A stretch of 63,843 bases of DNA, counting the filler, from Octopus bimaculoides (lineage: Eukaryota), in assembly GCF_001194135.2 (NCBI RefSeq). It is 8 parts of 7 records of this genome, joined end to end, with 100 filler letters (N's around TTAATTAATTAA, not from the genome) between each part and the next. Parts side by side here need not be neighbours in the genome. Positions count along the whole stretch, not along the records: positions 62,566 to 63,843 come from NW_026320209.1; 7 more parts are not named here. One strand, given 5' to 3'. The notes under the pieces were generated by a model, which did not search any database, had not been told where the DNA came from, and was given only the letters and a program-made list of their open reading frames with translations. The translations under genes and the position numbers were made by a program. Shown here in pieces: positions 63,776 through 63,843 of the stretch. The stretch's first letter is position 1. Each line of letters starts with the position of its first letter.

Positions 63776-63843
63776 GGGGTCCCCCACAATCGTTATTTAT
63801 TTCAATTACTCTTCTGAGGATATTCACGTAAATCATTTTTTTC

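Noticed and set aside
8773-63831. Long ORFs of 100-435 aa in the track (poly-X, YIYI, CVCV, HTHT, poly-N/L/S/T)
   Set aside because: They read through N gaps and microsatellites. Only the PLE part of 55224-56531 is real coding-derived sequence.

Overview
AT-rich, microsatellite-dense eukaryotic genomic DNA. The repeat repertoire suggests an octopus/cephalopod draft assembly (inference). The window is 8 pieces joined by identical artificial 100-nt spacers (44N+TTAATTAATTAA+44N), so linkage across spacers is not guaranteed. Almost all long ORFs in the supplied track are microsatellite or N-gap artefacts. Real content: up to three candidate plus-strand exons of unidentified protein(s) (4143-4394 best); many tRNA-head SINEs built from interchangeable modules; decayed RTE, CR1-group, R4/Dong-like, Penelope, Gypsy, hAT and possibly L1/Tx1 fragments; and several foldback MITEs. 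The standouts are a near-full-length U6 snRNA copy fused directly to a retroelement 3' tail (41361-41515), minimal hammerhead ribozyme motifs (62703-62758, a head-to-head pair at 12250-12375, and 29610-29660), and a decayed, permuted 28S rDNA relic that appears to lack the sarcin-ricin loop (46993-48142). No CRISPR array or prokaryotic system is seen.
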